Of a stretch of DNA of 35,825 bases, positions 13,321 through 24,323 are shown piece after piece. The notes under the pieces are model-generated. The model saw only the letters and a program-made list of their open reading frames with translations, did no database searches and was not told the DNA's origin. The stretch comes from Hydrurus foetidus (lineage: Eukaryota), in assembly GCA_900617105.1 (NCBI GenBank), contig UYFQ01000259.1, positions 1 through 35,825 on the forward strand, read 5' to 3'. The translations under genes and the position numbers were made by a program. Within the stretch, counting starts at the first letter, position 1, and the number at the start of each line of letters is the position of its first letter.

Positions 13321-13942
13321 TGAGATATTGGTGTCTAAATGTGATTTGAATGTAATCTACTAGGCCATCCTAGGTCAAGATATCGTCATCCAAAACGAGA
13401 ATTGGATTACGAAGAAGTGCCCCAAATCCCGTCTCGAATTCTCAAAATCGGTCAATACAAATTTTAAAATACGATTCCGAGGCGCTATATGGGTCTGTAA
13501 GGGCGACAAATCACCGATTTTCAATTAAAAATCCGTGATCCGTGGCGCTATAAGGTTTGGCCTTATTGGTCCTTAGACTGTTCCTTACGTTATGAGATCT
13601 GGGTTCTATACCCAAAATCTTTCCACTGTCTTAATTCGTACGTTTGCGTAAGTACAGTTGACCCAAGGTCCTTACATACATCACTGAGTATGTACACCGA
13701 CAAACGCGCACGTACCCGACCTCTTATGTAAGTCACAAAACAAGCAATTAGACTTGCACCGTACTTACGCGTATGTGTGCACCACCGAGGATGACCTGGT
13801 CACTCATCCAACAAGTTTTGTTATCTTACATTGGGTTCGCTCTTGTGAGCACGGAGAAAGTATCTCCTTCTTCTAGAAGGTTCTCCATGCGGATTGTTAT
13901 GACTCCTTCCCCCAACACACCCCGAAGGACTGATAGCAATAC

Positions 13943-15113
13943 TCACACTGCACCGAAGGGCAGCCAGCTTCTCACATCGTCCGTACTGGGTTGGGTACCC
14001 CCGACTAGAGAGTTCGATGACCCATGACCTCCCGCAGAGTAATCATGAACGGCCCTCATGACCTTGGACCCTTCGACGTAGTTCCCTCTATCTATCATGT
14101 CCATAGCTCTCATCTGCGTTGTCGCTGCTTTCCGAAGAGAATGCGACGAAAAATTGTCAGCCGGTAGCCCGGCTTCGCTACACACTCCCTTTACTGCCTC
14201 TCTCACCATCCTACCTTGAAGCCTTTTTCTGTCTACTACCCCAGACTGTCGCTCTAGATACCGACAGAACGACTCATCTGATGGTAAGACCTTTGAGAAA
14301 GCCATGAACGTTACCAGGTCGTCCAAAAACTGACTCTCTTCTGCTGATTGCCTGCCCACGGTCTTGGCCTTTACAAGTGCTCCCGTTTTCTGTGACGCAG
14401 TAAGTACTCGAAATCCCAGTACGTGTGAGGCTGATTCTCTACCCTCCCTAAGATCTCTGGTAAAGATGCCCCGCCACCCACCTGGTGGCTCCCTGTAGCC
14501 CCTTCGACCCCGAATACCAAATCGCTGCACCTTATGCAGTGATCTTCCGCTCCCACCTCATGGGGGGTGTACTCGGATATCCTAGCATCCATGTCGTAAC
14601 CCCACATGCACTCGATATAAGTCATCTTGCTATCAATATCCTCTCACCCCCACCCCCTGCCCGCCCAGAGCTTGACCCTTATGTCCTTGAGTAAGCTCTC
14701 GCATAAGGGCAGCTTCACATCACCTCTAGGTCCCTCATCTTTTTTCGCGCGCAATTCTTTGGTGCTCATGCGAAATGCCGTCCGCGCTGCTGCTACTATC
14801 GGTGAGTCGAAGAACGCAGATGACTGAAGCGCCATCAAGAACTTCTGTCGGATCCCTGCCGTCACGGAGGTGACCTGCTTTCCCCGCAGACCCTCGTCGT
14901 AGTGTAGTTGAAGAAAGAGGCCAACTATGGCAGGTTTGTCTTCCTCCAACCATTCCCTTGGCAGCGGATTTTCTGTGCCGAGATCCTGATACAGGAACCT
15001 GCACCACTTAAGCCAGTGCCCTTCGTACGCCTTCACTGTCGCCGCGGTGACCGACTGCGCCACGAACGATCCCACTCCTGCCCTGCTCAGCTCAGGTAGC
15101 TGGCGCGGAAGTC
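13943..15113 (-). CDS. Tyrosine recombinase of the DIRS/Ngaro-class element (frameshifted)
   Basis: N-terminal AATVKAYEGHW helix. Catalytic pattern DARISEY (R), SQKTG (K), SHSLRK (HxxR), RGNY, HDY (Y). Spread over three ORF-track frames. Confidence 0.88.
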
Positions 15114-15272
15114 CTAAAATAGAATAAAGATAAGGGATTCCGGCAGGTGAAGGTACCAGAGCGATGCAGATGGATATAGGGCAATGGCCTCAACTATCTT
15201 CTGCCAGAATGATATAAAGTTCACTTCATTCTCAAATGGTTCGCTTGGGCGACAGCATTCTATAAACTGCAG
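15114..15272 (-). CDS. C-terminus of the YR-element RT/RNase H ORF beyond the Gypsy-1 insertion
   Basis: Removing Gypsy-1 and one GCAG restores the frame: ...EENSQVL-QFIECCRPSEPFENEVNFISFWQKIV...ILF* (TAG 15114-15116). Confidence 0.8.
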   Translation of the reverse strand: MQFIECCRPSEPFENEVNFISFWQKIVEAIALYPSASLWYLHLPESLIFILF

Positions 15273-15546
15273 TATAGTCGCGGCCGGATTCGAGTACGAA
15301 GAAACCGGGTAAAGACGGTATGCTGGAGTAAACTGTTAGGTTAGTTACAGTTTGTGAAAGAAGAGAGCAAACAGCTAACGACAGACACAAACGATAGGCT
15401 ACAAGGGTGCTGATGCTGATGAGCGTCCGTTACCGGTGGACAAGTGATGTGGATGAAAATAGACTATGGGTACGTGAATTATATACATACGTGAATTATA
15501 TACAAACGTGTACGAAGCGTACGGTGAACGTACGTGCTAGGCTACA
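15273..15546 (-). repeat. Gypsy-1 3' LTR
   Basis: Direct repeat of 21182-21455 with 2 substitutions, one in the terminal dinucleotide (TA instead of TG on the + strand). Contains the tandem 17-mer TACGTGAATTATATACA x2. Confidence 0.97.
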
Positions 15547-15562
15547 CTACTCCTTCCTCCTT
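15547..15562 (-). other. Gypsy-1 polypurine tract
   Basis: Minus-strand AAGGAGGAAGGAGTAG abuts the 3' LTR. Confidence 0.9.
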
Positions 15563-15878
15563 AAAATTTAAGTTAAGTGAAAGAAAATGAATGTGAGTGA
15601 AAATACATGTGGTAACGTATAGCTCATTTGAAAAAGGTGCCACTTCAAATTATTCAGGGATCCCATACGCCTATCTATCGTCAAAGATTTGGTAGTATGT
15701 GTGGATATGAAAATCAAAATGTTGTCGACACGATTTTCATCGGCGGCACTCCTTAGAGTCGGGGTATAATATCTAAACAATTATGTCAGACTCTTACTGA
15801 CTAAAAACTCCCAAAAAGAATGTTGACCGACAACAAACAAAAAATAGGGTTGAAATCCATCATGGATATTGTTTAGTA

Positions 15879-18800
15879 TTATATATTTGTATCTACAACG
15901 TTTGTAAACTTTCTAGGTATTAAACGTTGAAGATTGTTAGATGTCAAGTATTCGTGTAATTTTTCGGTATCACGAAGATTGGCATAGGATGTCCATGAAT
16001 TGTGTTCATCGGCATAACCTAACCATTTGACAAGGAATTCTAACGAAGTTTTGCGTTGTAAGTCACCACGATGTTCAAGGATATTTTCAATGTAAAATTC
16101 CATATAATCATGACGAGCAACGTCTAATGGTTCAACACGTAGTGGATCAAAAAGAAAAGGTTTCATATCTGAAACATGATATTCTTTTTCGACATGAGAG
16201 ATAAGATCATAAAGGGTAAACCTTGAGTTTGATCCGGAAATAACTCTCATAGGACCACGCCAGAACGTATGAAGACGTGTAGGCGGGTGACCTGTACGGT
16301 AATGTACCAATACATACGTTCCGGGTTGGTAATCCGTATGTTGTAATTGTTTTTTATGTGTCATATGAAGTAAGTCAGTGCGAAGAAGTTCTTTAGCAGC
16401 TGCTTTTCTAAGACTATCTTGTGTCTTGAGAAGGTTACTCATATAGACTGACATAGATTTCTTTGAAGGAGGAACTTCGTCAATTGGACGGAACATACCA
16501 CGATCAAGATTAACACAGTTACCAAACAGTAATTGTGCAGAAGATATCTTTAAACGATCACTATGATTTGAATTAATTATTCTCATAACGAAAGGTAAAG
16601 CTAATTTGTAATCTTCTAATGAAGTGTTGTCGTATGTGAGTGATCGGATGTGACGGTTAATCTCTTTGTTCATACGTTCAACAATAGCATTTTCCTCCTT
16701 AGAGTAAGCTAATGTTAAACAGTGTCGAGTACCAACAAACGATAAAAACTCACGTATTACGTCAGCAATAAAGTGGGGACCGTTATCTGATCTTAACTGA
16801 TGAGGTGCTCCGAAACGACCAAAATGTTGTATTAAACATTGGGCGGCGGATAGTGCAGTTGAATCAGTAGTATGATACAATTCAGTCCAACGAGTGAATG
16901 TATCAATGATAACGAGGATATGTCCTCCATCAGGAAATGGACCGACAAAGTCGATGTTTAAACATTCCATAGGGTAATACGACGAAGTCGTAAAAGGATG
17001 AGCATGAATAGGTATTTTAATCATACTCATCTTTTGACATTGTGGGCAAAAGTCAATGAAATATCTAACATGATTTTCCATGAATTCCCACTTATGTTGA
17101 TTTGCTTTTAATCGTTTCATAGTTCTGGCTAGTCCAAAATGACCAACCATAGAATTGTGAACTGATGATATAGCATTGTATTGCATATCGGTGAGTTGAA
17201 TTTTCGGGATAATAGCTGCTGCAAGAATCATATCTGCAGAGTATTCCTTAGGTGAGTCGATCATATTGTTACGACATAGTCGAGACATAGAGTCGGCGAT
17301 ATCATTATCAACACCTTTAATAAATTCAATTTTATATGTATACTCAGAGAGTGCTACATACCACCGAACAATCATTGGATTAGAATTGTTATATATGTAT
17401 AACAGATTTCTATGATCCGTTCGAATTGTAAATAATCTATCACGTAAAAGTGATTGTAGAAAAATACAAGAATAGTAAATTGCATAAGCTTCTTTTGAAT
17501 AGTGGACCAACGGAGTTGAGACCCAGAAAGAGATTTGCTTACAAATGCAACCGGATAGTCCTTTCCATCAATAGTTTGGAAGAGGTAACCACCGATACCA
17601 TAATCAGATGCATCAGTGTGCAAAGTGATTGGTGCAGTATCACTAATGAAATGAATGGTAGTACATTTCGATACTTGTTCCTTTATTTCATTAAAAGCAG
17701 AAGTTGCTTCTGATGTCCATACTATCCGTTTTGTTCTTTGATAATTTGTAAGTAACGCGTGTAACGGTCTTACTATCGTAGACTGATTTCTGATGAAATC
17801 ACGGAAATAGTTTACTAATCCAAGAAAACTTTTAAGTTGTTTGGATACAGTAGGACAAGGAAAATCCAAAACTAATTGGATTTTACTCTGGGACATTCTA
17901 AGTCCCTCTTGTGATATAACCTTACCAACAAATTTTAAATCGGCATAGCCAAGGTAACATTTGGATGGTTTAAGGATCATTTTATGGAGACGAACGCGAG
18001 AAAAGAATTCTCGCAGTCGTGCAACAAAGTTGTCAGGACTGTTTCCAAAAATGTTAACGTCATCGATATAAATTTCTAAAATTCTATAAAGTAACGTATT
18101 TAACACTTCAGTAGCAATCATCTCTTGAAAATAAGAAGGTGCTTGCTTTAGACCAAAAGGTAGTCTAGTAAACTGATAGACACCACTATATAATATAAAC
18201 GAAGTATATTTTTTAGTAGCGAGTGTTAATGCGGCTTGATGGTATGCTTGAGCAAAATCCACCGTGCCAAAGATCGTCGGTTTCTGAGAACCGATTCTCT
18301 GTAACATTTCCGTTATGTTCGGTACGGGCCAAGAGGCATGTTCCGTACATTCGTTCAAGTTACGGTAATCTATAACGAATCTTTTAGATCCGTCAGCCTT
18401 AGTTACTAAAAATCCTTGGCTATAATAAGCCGCAGTGGATTTCTCAATAATACCCTGCTCAATGAGGATATTTAATTGTCTAGTAATCTCCTTCTGATTG
18501 GCTGCTGATTGAGGTCTAGGTGGTTGTCTATTTTTAGAGACACGCCACTTAGGGTCCTGAACAACCAGATCAAAAGGAGGAATAGAAGCAGGCTGAGATG
18601 AAAGTGTATTTGAAAAGATATCTCTGTATTCAATACAGAGTAGTCTAATCAACTCCTGAAGTTCAGGAGTACCCGATATGTTAATCAGGGATACTGGGTC
18701 AACCGGTTCCGGATTGGTATCCGGTAACCAAGGTGAAAAGGTACTAGCCTCATGTTCACCGATTTCATCATCATCTGGCATAGCCAGTTGAGATGTATTC

Positions 18801-21080
18801 TCGGATTGAATGACGAGAGAAGCTAGTAGACCTGATACAATAACCCTTTGGGGTGTTACTGAGGTCGCTGCCCTGTGCACTATATTAGTCGATGCTAATT
18901 GACTAGGCAACTCGAGGAATATTTGTGATTCCCGAATTGTCACTCGTCCGATCACAACATCGACTGAAGACTTGTTTAAAATAATTGCTTTGAAATTTAA
19001 AAAGTATTTTTATTTAAACGTTCAGAAAAGTAAGTCATTTTCAAATTTATAGACTTAGAAATGTTATAACATTTTCCATCCAAGGCTGAACAAACAGTCA
19101 GTGTCTTGTCGAAAATAATAAATTCTTCTAAATGAAAATTCTTAATTACACGCATGGCAACAAAATTGCCGGCGAGCGATCCCGTATCGATCAGCACTTG
19201 GACTTCATTTCTTGGCTGGCTGGGCTGTGACACATAGGTGACAGTAGCAGTTAGAAAGTCAGCTGACGAAAGGTTCGTAAGAGCTCCCAATATGGAAGAA
19301 GGAATAACAACATCAGTGAAACTAATAGTTGATGATAACTTACTTGTCTTCTTTAAGCTCTTTTGCTTAGTGACCGGCTTAGACGGACCCTCCGGTACAG
19401 CCGAGGCTGACGCGGTAGCAGTAGAAGAAGAGGAAGAAGAGGAGGTGGTAGGCACGTACGCTCCTCTTGCAACCAATGCATCAGGGTAATCCTTTTTCAG
19501 TTTCTTAAATGCATTGCTATCAGCATATGCACTGTCAGAAGAATTGAAGTAGGGTGATGCAGTAAATCTACACACAGAGATAGTGTGATTAGATCTTCCA
19601 CAACCAACACAGACCTGTACGGTGCGAGTGGTTGAGGGATTCGAAGACTTTGCAGTCTTCGCGGACTTAGCACGTGGTTTGATGGTGTCCTCATCAGGCT
19701 CAGCAGCGCGTTTGGAGATAGGCTTATCTTTAGAACGCGTAGCTGGGCCTGGAGTAACCTCATAACCAGCAGCCCGAAGCTCGTTAGCTGAGTTTCTGAG
19801 AGTAGTCAGTTGCGTCCACCAAACGAATCGAAAATCTTTCAAATCGTTGATTGGAACAGTCTCACCGTTCACCTTGCGGCGTAAGATGAGCTGCCAATTG
19901 ACGGGGTGGGTAGGCAACTGACGCTCTAGAATCTTAACAGCCTTAAGCTGTTCCTCAGCAGTAGTGCTGGGAAATTTGCTACCAATGCACCAAGGGCAGT
20001 ATCGTTACAGGAGTCAGTCTCAATGTTGTTCAAATCAAATCTGAAATTGAACGATGAGACTTGCTCGAGGAACGATGCCTGACCCAAAGGTGTATCGATG
20101 GACTCATCAGGTACTGCCTTGAGGAGTTCTTTGCAGAATCTCTCGGTAGTCCATGACTTCCACTCTTCGCACTCGTCGCGAATTGCTCTCTCAGTGCAAT
20201 ACTGCCTTTGCAGGAGTGTTACAAGAGATTGCTCGACGTCTAATGGTACCACGTCAAGAAACGTATAGGGGCAACCATTCTTGCGAAGGTCGTTGGTGAT
20301 GCTTAAAACTTCCAGATGAGTTGGAACCTTGCTGAGCTTTCTAACCTTTTCATGAGGTAGTAGATAGCGAGCAGCAAGGTTTGAAACAACAACATCGTCA
20401 GTAACACCACCAACGGTAGCAAAAGTTGCAACACTCTGAACATTTCTGTTCATGACATTGCTGTCTGAAGTGAGCAACAGGGAATCGGTTTGCACCGGGT
20501 TTGCAGGCAAAACTGCGGCAGATAACACAGACAGCACAGGCAAAGCAGGCAAAACATCACGCACAATGACAGGTGCAGGCGTGATGTTGGTGGCGGCGAT
20601 GGCGGTGATGGCGGTGGTGTCGGCGGTGGCGGCTATCATCGTGGATGATGATGGTGATGGTGCTGGCGGCGAAGGCGCCGGCTCCAAAGATACTCCATCC
20701 ACTCGCTGGGGAAGTTGTTGATGTTCAACAGAGACTTCCCCCGCTTGGGATATCGCTAGATCCGCTGTAATAGCTCCAGATGGAGCGGAAGATGGCTGCA
20801 AAAAATTTTGCAAGGGGTTTCCCCCTCCCACGCCGGGGGCCAAATTCGAGAAGGGGTTAGAGGCGATAGATAGATGTGCTGCGACGTCAGTCGCAGCAAA
20901 AGATGGATCTGGAAGCGAGGGAGGATTCGCCGAGTCGGAATCTCCCGTTGTGCTAGCGTCCATGGTGTCGGCGACGATCTCGACGACGGCGTCGGTTGAT
21001 GGCGCTTCCTGGGAAATCGACAGGGGAGCCGTCGAAACGGCCGATACCCTGGAAAGTCTTCGTCGGTTGCTGGAAACCAT
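15879..21080 (-). CDS. Gypsy-1 gag-pol polyprotein (Gag, CCHC knuckle, protease, RT, RNase H, integrase, chromodomain)
   Basis: CVGCGRSNHTISVC; LIDTGS; YIDD; TDASDYG; HHCC (H..GH..CPQC); DD35E core (NIDF, RSDNG, VER); chromodomain (FLVKWLGY...NSW). Three frame breaks, each fixed by adding one base to a homopolymer. Confidence 0.95.
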
Positions 21081-21181
21081 ACTGGTGATCAGTGCCAGAT
21101 GGTCGTCGGATGTCGGCGGTTGGAAAATCTATCTAGCTCTCCAGTAACGAGAGTTCGTCTAACAACTCTCAATATTAATAT

Positions 21182-21455
21182 TGTAGTCGCGGCCGGATTC
21201 GAGTACGAAGAATCCGGGTAAAGACGGTATGCTGGAGTAAACTGTTAGGTTAGTTACAGTTTGTGAAAGAAGAGAGCAAACAGCTAACGACAGACACAAA
21301 CGATAGGCTACAAGGGTGCTGATGCTGATGAGCGTCCGTTACCGGTGGACAAGTGATGTGGATGAAAATAGACTATGGGTACGTGAATTATATACATACG
21401 TGAATTATATACAAACGTGTACGAAGCGTACGGTGAACGTACGTGCTAGGCTACA
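21182..21455 (-). repeat. Gypsy-1 5' LTR
   Basis: TGTAG...CTACA termini. U5 hairpin CCGGATTC-N9-GAATCCGG. Confidence 0.97.
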
Positions 21456-23429
21456 GCAGCACTTGACTGTTCTCCTCAAACTTAAGGTTCCTTACAGCTT
21501 CCAACCCCAGCCCCAGTAGAACCCTTTCAACCGTCCTTCCTGACTCGGATATTCTCGATAGCTGGTCACAGCGAAAATTCTCTTCCCCCGAGATATGGGT
21601 CGCGAATTTTGCTTCAATGCCGTACGACACACATACGAGAGTGTACACCATAGCTGCATTTGACACTTGACTCCCTCGGGTCCTCTCCTTTTGTGCCCAC
21701 GTGAGTGCAGACATACTATCTCCACGCATCTCGATGTCCACACCCCTCACACCTAGTCTCACCAAGCCTAGTATCCCCACTATTGAACCGATGAACTCGC
21801 AAACGTTCTGGAACCTCGACTCTGTCGTGAACGCGAGGTGTCGGAGATCTACCGCACTGGCCCCCACACACACCATCGAGTTGCGGTGCCGTGGATAGAT
21901 ATGGCAACCTGCACCATGCAGTGACGCATCCGACTCAACGATGTACTCCGCGGCATCACTTCGAAATGATGTGATTGTTCAGGTGAAGCGCTCCTCGTTT
22001 AAGCGCACTAGAAACAAGATCGCTCTCAAGCACCTAATTGCTATTCGTGTCTCCTCTGATAGGGTGAAAGTCGCGTGGCGATCGAGTCTACCCGCTATCG
22101 CTCTATTCGACGCTCCGCAGAAGGGTCGCATCAGTCGACATATCCGTCCATACCGACTACCCCATGATGCGAGTTTCTGCATGGTCTTCACGTTCGTTTT
22201 GCCGCCGACGACGATCGCCAAGAAACCGTGCACTGCTGCGAAGAAATTCTTCCGCGCTAGTGACACCAGTCTCAGATCGAGGTCAATCATGTACCCGATC
22301 ACTTCGAGTCGAGTTCCCTTCTCAGACTTCTCGTCAGCCACCGCATCGGGTCCTAAGAGACTGGTGCAGATGTCCTTTGCGCATTCCATATCCAATGCCA
22401 AGTTTGACTCGAAGCACACTCCTATGACGTCATCAACGTACATCTCCGTATAGCTCTTGAGTGCTTTTGAGAACTCCCATTTTAATGCTCTTGTAACGAC
22501 TTGGAACGCAGCCGGTGTGCATGACCAGCCAAATATGCCACGGAGCTGTAAGTAGATGAGGTCCCCGGTGACCTCCATACCAAAAAGGCTGACATCGTCT
22601 GGTCTAAACGATAGGAGGGTATATGCTCCCTTCAGATCCATCTTCCAAATTCGTAGATCATACCATTCCTTTCCAGACTGGTTGGTGCCGTACTGCGTAA
22701 AGAAGCTCAGTATCGTGAGTACAATGTCATCAATGGTCGGATAGCGAATATGTCCGTAGAATCCCCCGCTTCTTTAGTCGCCTCGTCAGTATTCAGTGCT
22801 GTACCATCCACGTAGGTCATATCTCCTATCGGCCTTACGGACTCTTTGCCCTTCTTTTGTGTCTAGTGTGCTGTGCAGAGATGCAGTCTTGGGATGGTCT
22901 TGATGGCCAGTTTTTTTGGCAGAAGGAACCCCAAACCCCGTGACACGGTCTTGCCCACCATCCTATTGACCGCCTGATGAACCTTCAGGTAGGAGGCGCG
23001 AAGTGGTGTGAGCACTCCAGTGCCGTTCGGAGTAAAACCGATCGGTAGTGGCACCCGCATTTCCGCGGCCAGATCGCATAGCAGTTCTCTCTCCGGATTT
23101 CCGAATGAGAGCCCTCCTATCCGTTTTAGGTTGAGTCGGCTTGATTTGAGCGTATTCAACCTTGTCTTCACCATCCCCGCGAAGTTCCGATTAGCTTCCT
23201 CGAAGGAGCGCAAGTCCCTCTCTAGCATCTCCTTTGGGAATTCATAACCTTCCGCCCACTCCATGGCTTCTACGACACCGTAGTTTGTATACGCTATCAC
23301 TTGCGCCACTAACTCTGAAACAGGGAACACTTCCCCCGGTGCAAAGTACGAAGCTATCGTAGCCATAATTTCCTTTGTGGAGACAGCATCTACGCTGCTG
23401 ACTCTTTGCTCCTGCCCCGATGACCGCAT
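21456..23429 (-). pseudogene. RT and RNase H of the YR retrotransposon
   Basis: MDLKGAY, FGWSCTP, YVDD. RNase H motifs SDASLHG, GDSMSAL, HISGEENFRCDQLSR (DIRS-type). Stop at 22863 and frameshifts. Confidence 0.92.
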
Positions 23430-23440
23430 TTAGGCGGGCA

Positions 23441-23970
23441 CTATATCCGTAGCAGTTTCCCCGAGGGCTGCATGTAGGCAGCCGTTGAGTCGGGTCTCGC
23501 TCTCACCATTACTCCAACAGGTGTTCGCATGTGGGCGTACTCCCCGCCGGATCTCATCCTTGACTCAACTCTCTCCGACGTTTGCATGTGGGCCAACGTC
23601 ACGGGAGGCATCCTCCTCATTTCTTCTCTCACAGGTGCCTGCATGTGGGCAGACGCCGGAGCAGATCTACTTTCGAGTTCATTATTATTCCCTGGCACCT
23701 CACCCGCACCTGGTGACACCCCTCTTCTACCAGGGTTCCACTGTATGACGTGTGGTTGCCTCCGCAGAGTGCAACCACTCACTTCCTACACCTTCCCTCT
23801 TATCTTGGTCAACGCCGCTATTCGCAGAGTATCAGGTAACCACTTAAGGGCGGCGGAGACATCCACCATAAAAAAAGCTTGGTACTCGGCACCGCAGTAT
23901 TCACGAATTATGTAATTCAGTATGCTGCATCCTACGCTACAGTATTGGCAGGCACGCAATTCAGCGTTGC
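23441..23970 (-). pseudogene. Putative ORF1 (gag-position) remnant of the YR element
   Basis: Lies upstream of RT. Mostly open frame with one stop and four 19-aa repeats containing A(H/Y)M(Q/R). No recognisable domain. Confidence 0.4.
23470..23697. repeat. Degenerate 57-bp tandem repeat, 4 units
   Basis: GCATGT(A/G)GGC occurs at 23470, 23527, 23584 and 23641 (exact 57-nt period). Confidence 0.85.
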
Positions 23971-24323
23971 ACGTTTGTGTGATGTTCAGGTTTCAATATG
24001 AAAATCACAACGAGGTCCAGGAATTCCCTGAATTGGAAATCTTCTCTACAGTCCAGAGAACCCACGTTGGGATCCGCTCACTACTCCCACCTTCAGATTC
24101 TTGGAATTTGAAAATTTCCAGATCTCAAAAACTCACAACTCGAGTTGACGACGTTTCGAGTGATAAAAAGTGACTTAATTAATAATTGATTAATTGATTC
24201 TTCGGGAAACGAAGTTGTACCAGGTAAAATCCAATATTCCCTCGAGTATATACGTAAACGTCGTCAATTTACTCATCTGTAAGACACTCTGAAATCCATC
24301 CACTCAACCTTGTTCTCGCTGCA

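Larger units (their letters stand above)
2348..13562. mobile_element. PIF/Harbinger element H4 (outer element; own sequence 2348-2419 plus 9818-13562, about 3.8 kb)
   Basis: Perfect 18-bp TIR GGCCAAACCTTATAGCGC at 2348-2365 and 13545-13562. TTA TSD at 2345-2347 and 13563-13565. Joining 2419 to 9818 gives a left subterminal region (CAGACCCTTATA) matching the right one (CAGACCCATATA on the reverse complement). Confidence 0.9.
15273..21455 (-). mobile_element. Full-length chromodomain Ty3/Gypsy LTR retrotransposon (Gypsy-1), 6183 bp
   Basis: Two 274-bp LTRs, 4-bp TSD GCAG (15269-15272, 21456-21459), PPT, and gag-PR-RT-RH-IN-chromodomain order. Confidence 0.97.
13592..23970 (-). mobile_element. 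Tyrosine-recombinase retrotransposon (DIRS/Ngaro class), interrupted by Gypsy-1
   Basis: Gene order ORF1 - RT - RNase H - YR on the minus strand. ACGTT occurs at both junctions (13587-13591, 23971-23975). No clear ITRs or split direct repeats were seen. Confidence 0.85.

Noticed and set aside
2348..13562. A single 11-kb giant transposon encoding three transposases
   Set aside because: H2 and H3 have their own TIRs and TGA TSDs. Removing them leaves an ordinary 3.8-kb two-gene element.
15415..15465. Hammerhead ribozyme (CTGATGA...GAAA) in the Gypsy-1 LTR
   Set aside because: Stem II does not close properly before GAAA, no stems I/III were found, and it is antisense to the element transcript.
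18990..19010. Programmed -1 ribosomal frameshift in Gypsy-1
   Set aside because: The break falls inside the protease domain and matches the homopolymer-deletion pattern seen throughout the window.
21182..21455. Tf1-type self-priming complement within the LTR
   Set aside because: By eye, no stretch of 9 nt or more in either LTR is complementary to the post-LTR sequence.
23470..23697. CRISPR-like array
   Set aside because: The core is only 10 nt, the intervening segments resemble each other, the period is a multiple of 3 within an ORF, and there are no cas genes in this eukaryotic context.
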